Origin: Promethearchaeia archaeon
GTDB lineage: Archaea > Asgardarchaeota > Lokiarchaeia > Sigyniarchaeales > SOKP01
Direction of reading: 5' to 3'
Assembly: GCA_029856145.1 (NCBI GenBank)
Contig: JAHQWK010000001.1
Span: 465,731 to 529,730, forward strand
DNA length: 64,000 nucleotides
The first letter of the stretch is position 1. Each line of letters begins with the position of its first letter. Under the pieces are notes generated by a model, which had not been told where the DNA came from, did no database searches, and worked only from the letters and a program-made list of their open reading frames with translations. The position numbers and the translations under genes are program-made. Shown in pieces: positions 18,974 to 27,438 of the stretch.

Positions 18974-19546
18974 TTAAGAGAAACTTGAGATTTTAGCAAT
19001 CATATATAGTTTTTTGACAAGTGTTTTAAATGCATCAGTTACTCCTTGGCCGGTCAAAGCACTCGTTTTATAATATCCAATAAATCTATTAGCTTTAACA
19101 AATTGTTCAACATTTGCATCAGAAGTTGTCACATTTGGATTTGATGCTAAATCTCCATCGTCAACTAAATCCACTTTATTTCCAAATAGAATTATTGGAA
19201 TATTCCCACAATGCTTTTTTAGATCATCAAGCCATCTGCTAACATGAGTGTAACTTTCAATTTGTTCTGGAGCGTGAGAAAAGACAATTATCGCTCCACT
19301 ACTTCCTATATAAAATCTTTGACGTAATGCCTGAAATGAATCTTGACCTGCAATATCCCAAAGAAACAATCCCACATTCTCCCCCTCAATTACTTCTTCA
19401 TATTTAGAGAATTGTGTTCCCAAGGTTGATATATACTCCTTCTGAAAGGATCCTTGAGTATATTTTTTAATTAAAGATGTTTTCCCTACAGCTCCGTCCC
19501 CGATTATGACAACCTTGAATCCATATCCTTTTTCATCGTCACTCAT
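18974..19546 (-). CDS. Rab/Ras-like small GTPase (Asgard-type), tandem paralog 1
   Basis: G1 GDGAVGKTS, switch I YISTLG, G3 WDIAGQ, G4 GNKVDL, G5 TSALTG. No C-terminal Cys. The start is set at ATG 19546 (MSDDEKGYGFK), which matches the paralog start MSDKAFGFK. The track ORF extends to 19573. Confidence 0.9.
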   Translation of the reverse strand: MSDDEKGYGFKVVIIGDGAVGKTSLIKKYTQGSFQKEYISTLGTQFSKYEEVIEGENVGLFLWDIAGQDSFQALRQRFYIGSSGAIIVFSHAPEQIESYTHVSRWLDDLKKHCGNIPIILFGNKVDLVDDGDLASNPNVTTSDANVEQFVKANRFIGYYKTSALTGQGVTDAFKTLVKKLYMIAKISSFS

Positions 19547-19763
19547 TTTATTTATCCATCCTTCTAAGTACAATATCCCTTTTTTAAATAGTAATAATCA
19601 GATGTTTTAAATTTTTACAATACAATAATTAAAAGTAATTTTAAAGAATTATACTGATGTTTAGAATTAAAAGAATTATATTATCTCTATATTTTAAAAT
19701 TGAATGAAGTCTAGTTTTGATTAATAGACAGATTAGATTATTATAAGAAGTAATTATTGATTT

Positions 19764-20318
19764 TTATAGTGTAGCTCGATGATATAATTTCCTCACCAAT
19801 GTTTGAAAAGCTTCTATAACACCTTGACCTGTTAGGGCACTTGTTCTGAAATATTCACTAATATTGTGATCTTGGGCAAATTTCTTAACATGAACATCTG
19901 AAGTTTCATAATTTGGGCTAGTAGCTAACGCATCCTGATCAACTAAATCAGCTTTATTTCCAAATAATACTATTGGTATATTCCCGCACGCTTCCTTTAT
20001 ATTTGATAACCACTTATCAATATGACGATAAGTTTCGATTTCTTCAGGAGCAAGAGAAAAAACAATAATAGCACCACTACTTCCCTTATAAAATCTATCG
20101 CGTAAGGTATTAAATGATTCTTGACCCGCTAAATCCCATAAAAATAATTCAACCATTATTCCACTTAAAGTCTCTTTATATCTCGAAAATTGCATACCTA
20201 AAGTCGAAATATAATCTTTTTCAAACGTGTTTGTTGTATATCTTTTAATTAGCGAAGTTTTCCCTACAGCACTATCCCCAACTATGGTTATCTTAAAGCC
20301 AAACGCTTTATCACTCAT
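19764..20318 (-). CDS. Rab/Ras-like small GTPase (Asgard-type), tandem paralog 2
   Basis: G1 GDSAVGKTS, YISTLG, G3 WDLAGQ, G4 GNKADL, G5 TSALTG. Roughly 60% identical by eye to the neighbour at 18974..19546. No C-terminal Cys. Confidence 0.9.
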   Translation of the reverse strand: MSDKAFGFKITIVGDSAVGKTSLIKRYTTNTFEKDYISTLGMQFSRYKETLSGIMVELFLWDLAGQESFNTLRDRFYKGSSGAIIVFSLAPEEIETYRHIDKWLSNIKEACGNIPIVLFGNKADLVDQDALATSPNYETSDVHVKKFAQDHNISEYFRTSALTGQGVIEAFQTLVRKLYHRATL

Positions 20319-20452
20319 TGTCTTAGATTAATATTTTTTTTATTATTTATTTTACTAATAGTAGAAATAAGATCTTTTAAGCCTTGCTAAAATATCAATA
20401 ATAGTGTAGATTGATAAGACAATTAAATATTAATATAACAAAACTTTCTCGC

Positions 20453-21166
20453 TTAGACGTTAAACAGCTTAATTAATTGCTCAGTATTATCTACTAAAAT
20501 ATTAGGTTGATGTTTGCTTAATGTTTCTTTCTGAGCTAACCCACTTGCAACACACACCATTTTCACTTTTGCAGCTTTTCCCGCTTCTATATCGGTTGTC
20601 ATATCTCCAATAAATATAGCTTCCGATGGGTTGATTTTCCACTTTTGTAGAATTTTAAGAATTCCTTCTGGATTTGGTTTAACTTCCGAAACATCGTTAA
20701 ATCCTATAATTATACTAAAAAATTTTGTCAAATTAAACTTCTTTAAAACTTCCTCAGCATACTGGCTTTTATTGTTTGTTAGAATAGCCATTTCCAACTT
20801 TTTATTGAAAAGATCTGATAATAATATATCTATTCCTTCAAAAATTGTAGATTCAGCTTCTTTATATTTATTAAATTGATTAAATAAGAAAATTGCTGTT
20901 CTAATCTTTTTAAAAAAACTGATATCCTCTAAAAAATTCACTTTTAATAAGTCATATGAATTGAGCAGAATCTTAGGTACGGGATAATTTTGGATTTCCT
21001 CAATTAGATGGGCAACTTCTTCCATTATTTCATTTCGATTAACCGTTAAGTTATATTTTTCAATAGTATCATCAATCGCTTTCTTTATAGCCACTGTGAT
21101 ATCGTATATCGTTCCATCAAGATCCCATATTATCCCTTTATAATTTTCTATGCTAATTTTTTCCAT
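20453..21166 (-). CDS. HAD-superfamily hydrolase (phosphoglycolate phosphatase-like subfamily IA)
   Basis: Motif I IWDLDGTIYD, motif II ILTNN, motif III/IV K...FIGDMTTDIEAG. Confidence 0.8.
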   Translation of the reverse strand: MEKISIENYKGIIWDLDGTIYDITVAIKKAIDDTIEKYNLTVNRNEIMEEVAHLIEEIQNYPVPKILLNSYDLLKVNFLEDISFFKKIRTAIFLFNQFNKYKEAESTIFEGIDILLSDLFNKKLEMAILTNNKSQYAEEVLKKFNLTKFFSIIIGFNDVSEVKPNPEGILKILQKWKINPSEAIFIGDMTTDIEAGKAAKVKMVCVASGLAQKETLSKHQPNILVDNTEQLIKLFNV

Positions 21167-21263
21167 ATTAAAGTCTATTAATATTTAGAACAATTTTAAT
21201 TATACGAATATCAATAATTTAATTATACAAATATCAAGAAATTTTATTTAAAATATTTTTTTA

Positions 21264-22160
21264 ATGACAATGAACGAAAACCAAGAAGAAGAAAGCGAAG
21301 AACAAACAATAGAAGAAAATCAATTGAAAGAAGATGATTTGGAAGCTTACCTAAGAGATATGAAAGCACTTGAATCAGATTTTTCAGATATGGAGGATCT
21401 AGACATGGATGAGCTTCAAGAGATACAAGACGCAATTGAGAAGGTTAAGGAGGGGGAAGAAATACATGATGATGGCTTAGATAGCGATGGAATCCCTTCT
21501 GAAGAAATGCTTGTGGATGAATATAAAACTCAAGAAGAAGTTAAGGAAACCATGATCTCTGATTTTTCTGACATGGATGAGATTGATTTTGATGAATTAA
21601 AAGAGATGCAAGAAGCCATTGAATCAGTAAAGCAAGAGGAAATAGAGGACTTAGCCACACCAGAAGGTGAAACTCAATACACTCAAGAAGTTTCTAAGGA
21701 ATTAGAAGAAAGGATTAAGCAAGAGCTTTTAAAAAGAAAAAAACTAGAAGTAAAGGAAATTATTACACCTGAGAAGTTTTTAGATTATGTTAAAAATAGA
21801 CGTGATAAGATATGGTACCATGCTCTTTATTATTTGGTTTTTAACGTTGAAGACTATATTGCTTCAAAAGCATTATTATATGACGTCTTAAAAGAAGTAA
21901 CAAGCAAATCTCCAATTGATCCAATTCTCGAACACCAATTTTATTTTGGCTTGGGTTATCTTTTAAGGCTAACCTTGAATGATAGACAAGTTGTACGATT
22001 TCTAAGAGATGGAAAGTTTAAAATTAATGTTAATATTGATATTTTAAAAGAAATATTAGAAGAAGCTGGGGAACCAATAAGTACAAGGCCAGTTATAAAA
22101 GAAGAAGAAAAGAAAAAAATGTTTCAGGATTTTTTAGATGATAATTTTCTTGATGTCTAA
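21264..22160 (+). CDS. Hypothetical protein: acidic N-terminal half with a duplicated 30-aa motif, plus a conserved-looking ~110-aa C-terminal domain
   Basis: The repeat SDFSDMEDLDMDELQEIQDAIEKVKEGEEI (21375..21464) recurs as SDFSDMDEIDFDELKEMQEAIESVKQEEIE (21558..21647). Long uninterrupted ORF in a gene-dense region. Confidence 0.6.
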   Translation: MTMNENQEEESEEQTIEENQLKEDDLEAYLRDMKALESDFSDMEDLDMDELQEIQDAIEKVKEGEEIHDDGLDSDGIPSEEMLVDEYKTQEEVKETMISDFSDMDEIDFDELKEMQEAIESVKQEEIEDLATPEGETQYTQEVSKELEERIKQELLKRKKLEVKEIITPEKFLDYVKNRRDKIWYHALYYLVFNVEDYIASKALLYDVLKEVTSKSPIDPILEHQFYFGLGYLLRLTLNDRQVVRFLRDGKFKINVNIDILKEILEEAGEPISTRPVIKEEEKKKMFQDFLDDNFLDV

Positions 22161-22184
22161 GTTTGAAATTTATTTTGTAAAAAG

Positions 22185-22823
22185 ATGAATCAAAAACCAT
22201 CATTATTAATTATAGGAAATTCAAATGTAGGGAAAACTTCAATAACTAGATTATTGATGCCAAATCCTAGAAAATTTAAAGGGAAAATTGGGAAAACTCC
22301 AGGTAGCACATTATTAATAAAATCTATTACCCAAGAGAATTTACCTTATAATATAGTAGATCTTCCGGGATTTGGGTATGTAAGTCAATCAAGTCGGAGA
22401 CGGGCAGAGCATATAAAAAAGCAAATGGTAATTCATATTGAAAAGCACCATACAGATTATTTTTTTGGTTTGGTTGTAATTAATATCTTGAGGATTGAAG
22501 ATGAATTAGAAAAATATTTCATTCAGAATAAGAAAACCATTCCTCTAAGCTTTGAATTAGTTAACTTTCTTAAGGAATTTCAGATTCCTCTTTTAATAAT
22601 AATCAATAAAATTGATAAAGTATCTAATCTGGATAAAATCAAAAATATCAAATTATTTGTTGAATCAGCAAAAGAATATGGAATAAGCATTGTTCATTTA
22701 AATAAGCGCGAACTTAATAACAAGGAAGAAATTCCTTATTTAGATTTTTCAGCTTTAAAAAAAACAAATCTAGAAAAATTAAAAAAAATAATTCAACAAT
22801 TATTAAACCAAATTAAGAGATAG
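22185..22823 (+). CDS. engB: EngB/YihA-type ribosome-biogenesis GTP-binding protein
   Basis: G1 GNSNVGKTS, G3 DLPGFGY, G4 NKIDK. 212 aa. Confidence 0.72.
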   Translation: MNQKPSLLIIGNSNVGKTSITRLLMPNPRKFKGKIGKTPGSTLLIKSITQENLPYNIVDLPGFGYVSQSSRRRAEHIKKQMVIHIEKHHTDYFFGLVVINILRIEDELEKYFIQNKKTIPLSFELVNFLKEFQIPLLIIINKIDKVSNLDKIKNIKLFVESAKEYGISIVHLNKRELNNKEEIPYLDFSALKKTNLEKLKKIIQQLLNQIKR

Positions 22824-22824
22824 G

Positions 22825-23361
22825 TCAACCTCTTTTTCTTAGAATGAAATATTTAATGATTCCTAATAAAGGATTAAGACGAGGCACTTTTGCTTTATAT
22901 TTTTTATAATCTTCACCAAATTTATCAATAAGATTTTTATCCTCTGCGTAAGTCCATTGATATGTTAGAATGAGGATGATGATGCTAAGAATTAAGCTAA
23001 GCCATATTTGAGTCCAGAATGTAATACTTATAGTAAATAATATACCTCCTAAATATTGTGGATGACGGATTATAGCATATGGACCTCTATCTACTACCTT
23101 TGTAGTATAAAGATAACTTTTTCCCTTTTCCACAGCTCCTCGTTTTTTAAAAGTCCAAAAAGAAATAAACCCAAAATAAAGACTAAATCCCCAAATCACA
23201 TATCCTATATATAATAAAATGATAATATCTAATTCATTAAAGAATAGGAACATTAAGATTATTTGAACTATAAAAGATATCGTAAAAATTGTCGTAAAGA
23301 TAATATCCTTTAAACTAAATCTTTTCTTATTTTTTTCAGCATCAGTATCATTTTTCAGCAT
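22825..23361 (-). CDS. Isoprenylcysteine carboxyl methyltransferase (ICMT)/phospholipid methyltransferase family membrane protein
   Basis: Four or five TM helices and the family motif RGPYAIIRHPQYLGGILF followed by ...AEDKNLIDKFGEDYKKY. Confidence 0.72.
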   Translation of the reverse strand: MLKNDTDAEKNKKRFSLKDIIFTTIFTISFIVQIILMFLFFNELDIIILLYIGYVIWGFSLYFGFISFWTFKKRGAVEKGKSYLYTTKVVDRGPYAIIRHPQYLGGILFTISITFWTQIWLSLILSIIILILTYQWTYAEDKNLIDKFGEDYKKYKAKVPRLNPLLGIIKYFILRKRG

Positions 23362-23509
23362 TTCTGAAACAATATCTAAAATCTTATATATCTTCAGCTA
23401 TAATTATATAATTAAAATTAAATATTTAAATTTAACTATTCAAATTTGACCATTTTGAAAATAGAAAAACTAAAAAATATATATGTATATAAAGAGTTGA
23501 GGAAAATAG

Positions 23510-24148
23510 ATGCCAAAGAAAAGATATACGCCACTTAAAACATTTATTTTAGGTGTAATGAGTACAATTCCTAAACCTATGAGCGGTTATGAGCTCATAT
23601 CATTAGCAAAAGCATGGCGTTATGATCATTACATTAAAGCTACAAACGCATCTTTTTATTATACGTTAAGGCAACTTTTAGGTGATAAAATCATCAAAGT
23701 AGTAGGATCTAAGCAAGAAGGTAATCGTCCCGAGCAAATTATCTATAAGTTATTAAATAAGGGTAAAAAGGAATTTCAAGAACAGATTTCTTATATTCTT
23801 AATCAAGTTCAAGAAACATTTTTTGATATAGATGCTGCAACTCCTTTTATTTTACTTTTTGGTGTAACAAAGGGAAAACAGTTTATACTAGATTCTATAG
23901 AAAAGCAAATTATTGAAAGAAGAAATTTGTTCAAGCATGCTGATGAAGGTGAAAAATTAGTTAAATCTAATATACTCTATGATTTAAGCCCGTTTTATAT
24001 ACTACCTCTGAGACATTGGAGATTTCATAATAAAGCGGAAATAAAATGGCTGGAATATTTTAAAGAAATGGTTGAAAGTATTGAAAATTTTGAAGAACAG
24101 TATAATAAAATTATAAAAAAAACAATTAGCGAAGGTTTATTGGATTAA
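23510..24148 (+). CDS. PadR-like winged-helix transcriptional regulator
   Basis: N-terminal ILGVMS..PMSGYELISL......NASFYYTLRQLLGDKIIK....EGNRPEQIIYKLLNKGKKEF matches the PadR wHTH pattern. A long C-terminal helical domain follows. Confidence 0.65.
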   Translation: MPKKRYTPLKTFILGVMSTIPKPMSGYELISLAKAWRYDHYIKATNASFYYTLRQLLGDKIIKVVGSKQEGNRPEQIIYKLLNKGKKEFQEQISYILNQVQETFFDIDAATPFILLFGVTKGKQFILDSIEKQIIERRNLFKHADEGEKLVKSNILYDLSPFYILPLRHWRFHNKAEIKWLEYFKEMVESIENFEEQYNKIIKKTISEGLLD

Positions 24149-24176
24149 AATGGAGATTATGTCATTCTTTTTATAA

Positions 24177-25469
24177 TTAAGGGTTAGTTATTTTTGGATC
24201 TTTATCTTTATCCCAATTTATAGCAAATAAGAAATCCCTACTTGCTTTGTTTTTATAGATTAGCGGAAATCCACTCACTTTCTCAAATTTTAGCGCTAAA
24301 TCCTCTAAATAATCATATTCGGGAAAAAAAGCTTGGACTTGCTTTTCCGTTTTCAATCTTTCTTTTATTAATAATGCTTTTGCTTGTAAGGTGAATCCCT
24401 TCATCTCAAAAAAGTTGGGACTTGCTTTCTCAATTATTTTAGCATATTCATTAATCATATTTTCATTTAAATTAAGATCTTTAATTGCTGTTAGCCTGAC
24501 AACTGACCTGCAAGATAATGATTTAACTAAATCTAAGCTATTCATTATATTATTCCAACCATTTTTAATCATAGGGCGACATGTTTTTTTATAGACTTTT
24601 TCATTAGAAGCAGGTAATGTAATATATAACTGAGTAGGTAAGGGATCTAATTTTTCAATTATTTCAGGCAATGTCCCATTAGTCACTATGAATGTAGTCA
24701 TATTTCGATTCTTAAATTCTTGAACGAATTCAGAGATTCTTGGATACAAAAGAGGCTCTCCATCTAAAGAAATGGCAGCATGATTTGGTATCATGGCTTC
24801 ACTATGAGCTTGCATTATCTCATCAGGTGAAGTCAATTCTCTATTAATCAAAACTTCTAACTCCTCTCTAGAGCCAATACAACCATTTACATCATTATCT
24901 AATCTAAAACTATCATATGAAGAGTTTGTTGGCTTAATAAATTCTTGGTTCTTTAGAAGAGTAACTGCCCGCTCAATTTTATTTTTTGAAACGTGAATAT
25001 TATTACTGAGTGAATTTATATTATGGGTTTGGTTGCAGTTTAAAAGAATAAAATAGAGGATATCAATCATTATTTCATAATTATCAAGGTATCTCCTTAG
25101 TGGTAAATGGTTTTTAACGATATCTTTATGGTGTCTTAACATTTCATCAACAAGAAATTTAGGATCATCTGGTTCAACAATAAATTCACTTCCAAGTGAT
25201 CCAGACTCAATATCTCTCCAACAAAAGACACATTGATGATTACAAAAAGGTAATGAAGGAGTGTTTTGTAAGCATCTATGACTTTGTATTCCAAAAACAC
25301 CTTTATAACAATTACGATTATCTCTTCCCGTTGCTAACCTTTGCTCAAACCAATGACATGGTTTGATAGATGAATGTTTATTATCTCCAATTATCCTATA
25401 TGTTGTTTTTGTATAAGATTCAACAAATTCATTTGTGATCTTATTGTCAATGATAAACCTATTATTCAT
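24177..25469 (-). CDS. taw1: tRNA 4-demethylwyosine synthase Taw1/TYW1 (radical SAM), with an internal insertion
   Basis: The radical-SAM CxxxCxxC motif is CNHQCVFCW (25221..25244). Upstream auxiliary-cluster Cys residues are KPCHW...NCYKG...SHRCLQ. AISLDGEPLLYP is also present. At 430 aa it exceeds the ~310-340 aa typical of archaeal Taw1. Confidence 0.85.
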   Translation of the reverse strand: MNNRFIIDNKITNEFVESYTKTTYRIIGDNKHSSIKPCHWFEQRLATGRDNRNCYKGVFGIQSHRCLQNTPSLPFCNHQCVFCWRDIESGSLGSEFIVEPDDPKFLVDEMLRHHKDIVKNHLPLRRYLDNYEIMIDILYFILLNCNQTHNINSLSNNIHVSKNKIERAVTLLKNQEFIKPTNSSYDSFRLDNDVNGCIGSREELEVLINRELTSPDEIMQAHSEAMIPNHAAISLDGEPLLYPRISEFVQEFKNRNMTTFIVTNGTLPEIIEKLDPLPTQLYITLPASNEKVYKKTCRPMIKNGWNNIMNSLDLVKSLSCRSVVRLTAIKDLNLNENMINEYAKIIEKASPNFFEMKGFTLQAKALLIKERLKTEKQVQAFFPEYDYLEDLALKFEKVSGFPLIYKNKASRDFLFAINWDKDKDPKITNP

Positions 25470-25646
25470 TAAAGGACCACTCTGAACTCAAAATTATCAC
25501 TATCTTATATAAATAAATGTATTTTATTAAGATATTAAATTATATTCTTTAAAATTATAAGTACATAAATAATTAGTATAATACTTATAGATTATAATCA
25601 AAATTTCATGTTTGGTTTCCTAAGATAAATAATAATCTGGTTGAAA

Positions 25647-26525
25647 ATGTTAAATAGAATCAAAAGCGAGTTGCTAAATGTAGGTTTAAAATTTATAAGT
25701 GTAGATGAGAAAATCGTCCGTATGATACTTGAAACAAGTCCTTCAAATGTAAATGAAATTGTTATCCTCCCAGCTATTAAAATAGTTATGAAGAAATTAT
25801 TACAAAAATTACAAAATAAACGGAACTATGGAAGAGTATATAATGGGGAGTTGAATAATGTTAAAGTTAGTATTGTTCGTTCTTTAATCGGAGCACCTAA
25901 TTGTGCAATGGTTGTAGAAGCTTTAAAACGATGTAAAACGAAAGTTATTATTAGAATTGATGTATGTGGAGGAATAGAAAATGTAATTACACCAATTAAC
26001 ATTGGAGATATTTTAATCCCAAAATTAGCTTTTTGTGATGATGGGACTTGTCCTCAATATTTTAGAGAGAATCCCGCTTTAGTAAATGAACTAGAATCAA
26101 TTTCTAATCCAATGGGAAAATTTCAAAAAATGTTTACGGGGAATCAAACTGTATTTATATCCAAACCAAATGACACATTAAAAGAAATATTGTTTAATAA
26201 AGGCGTATTATTTTTAAGGGAAAAGGTAAAATTAGCTGATTTATGGACAACCGATGCTCTATTTTGTGAAAGTTTTGATTTTGTCCGAGCATTGAGTTCA
26301 ATAAACATACAATGTGTCGATATGGAGTCTTCTATATTATTCTTATTAGGAAAGATTTACAATCTAAAAACTTGTTCTATTCTTTCAGTTTCAGATTTAC
26401 CAGGGCATTCGAAATATGATTTACTTAATTCAAATGAAATACACCACGATATGGAGAATGGAATTGATAACACAATTAAAATCCTTATCAATTCATTACC
26501 CCAAATAAAGTATGAATTAATCTAA
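25647..26525 (+). CDS. Nucleoside phosphorylase family (PNP/UDP type 1) protein
   Basis: GAPNCAMVVEALKRCKTKVIIRIDVCGGI and CVDMESSILFLLG resemble the PNP_UDP_1 core. The track ORF opens at TTG 25641; the ATG at 25647 is used here. Confidence 0.6.
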   Translation: MLNRIKSELLNVGLKFISVDEKIVRMILETSPSNVNEIVILPAIKIVMKKLLQKLQNKRNYGRVYNGELNNVKVSIVRSLIGAPNCAMVVEALKRCKTKVIIRIDVCGGIENVITPINIGDILIPKLAFCDDGTCPQYFRENPALVNELESISNPMGKFQKMFTGNQTVFISKPNDTLKEILFNKGVLFLREKVKLADLWTTDALFCESFDFVRALSSINIQCVDMESSILFLLGKIYNLKTCSILSVSDLPGHSKYDLLNSNEIHHDMENGIDNTIKILINSLPQIKYELI

Positions 26526-26539
26526 GTTCAGTTCAGAGA

Positions 26540-27436
26540 CTAAAGTCCTTTTAAAAGTTGAGAAAAATCAGGTTCCGAAAAAAAATCATTATAAACCTTT
26601 AGCAACTCAATATTTATAAGGAAAACTTTTTTACCCGATTTATTTTTTGTAGTTCTCATAAGATTAAGTTGTTTTAATTTTTTAATGTGATACAATATGG
26701 TTCCTGAATAAATGTCAAGATTTTCTCCGATTTTTGATACAGCTACTTCTTCATCCTTAAATATTTCTTCTAATATTTTTGGGATTAATGGATTTAAAAA
26801 AATAGCTTTAAATTCTTGATAATCTTCAGGTACCTCACTTAAAAAGTAATGAAGAGTTTTACCAATTTTTTTGGATCTAATTAGATTAAATCTTTCAAGT
26901 GTCATTACATGTTTTAGAAAAGGAGTTCTTGTTATTTCTAATACTTCTTCGATTTTCTCATCGCGAGCGTGAATTCCCGGATTGTTTTTAATGAAATCTA
27001 GTATTTTCACAAGTTTTTTATTACTAAGTATCTCTAATTTGGTACGTCTTTCATTTGTTACAATCCAATTCTTCTCTTCTAAACTTCGAATTGCTAGAAA
27101 AATTTCTTCTTTACTATATCCTTTATTATAAGATAATTTAGCAATACACTTGGCATATAATTTTTCGATTATTGGATATTTTTGAATTTGAGCTTCCGAA
27201 ACAATTTCAAATTCTGTATCGTATCTCTTTAATTTTAATATATCTTTAGCAATTTTTAAAACATCTTTTTCTATTTCACTTAGCTCTTCAACAATTTCTT
27301 CTTTTATTACTTCTTTGCCTAGTTTTTTTTTTTTCTTTTCCCCTAAAGGTTTAAAATCAAGACGCCTAAATGAACTCTCCTGTAGATTTTCATTTTCTTT
27401 ATTTCCTCTGGGTTCTCTTCTTCTTTCGAGCGACAT
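26540..27436 (-). CDS. Hypothetical protein with a basic N-terminal tail and three predicted winged-helix modules
   Basis: Three HTH-like segments: YSKEEIFLAIRSLEEKNWIV; GIHARDEKIEEVLEITRTPFLKHVMTLERFNLIRSKKIGKTLHYFL; VAVSKIGENLDIYSGTILYHIKKLKQLNLMRTTKNKSGKKVFLIN. The start lies 2 nt after the stop of the upstream gene. Confidence 0.6.
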   Translation of the reverse strand: MSLERRREPRGNKENENLQESSFRRLDFKPLGEKKKKKLGKEVIKEEIVEELSEIEKDVLKIAKDILKLKRYDTEFEIVSEAQIQKYPIIEKLYAKCIAKLSYNKGYSKEEIFLAIRSLEEKNWIVTNERRTKLEILSNKKLVKILDFIKNNPGIHARDEKIEEVLEITRTPFLKHVMTLERFNLIRSKKIGKTLHYFLSEVPEDYQEFKAIFLNPLIPKILEEIFKDEEVAVSKIGENLDIYSGTILYHIKKLKQLNLMRTTKNKSGKKVFLINIELLKVYNDFFSEPDFSQLLKGL

Positions 27437-27438
27437 CT

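Noticed and set aside
22825-23361. The ICMT-family methyltransferase as a eukaryote-like CAAX-processing partner for the nearby small GTPases
   Set aside because: None of the four GTPases in the window ends in Cys, CAAX or CC (termini are ...KISSFS, ...YHRATL, ...IKAGLL, ...KRKSLDL). The ICMT/PEMT fold is widespread in prokaryotes with other substrates. Nothing in the sequence supports the link.
27323-27334. A 12-nt homopolymer (T12 on plus, A12 on the coding strand) inside the triple-WH gene, and a similar A12 at 53954..53965 inside the URO-D-like gene, as possible slippage or phase-variation tracts
   Set aside because: Both simply encode Lys runs (GEKKKKKLG; LKKKNIE) in an extremely AT-rich genome where such runs are common. 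Both reading frames are intact, and there is no sign of frameshifted paralogs.
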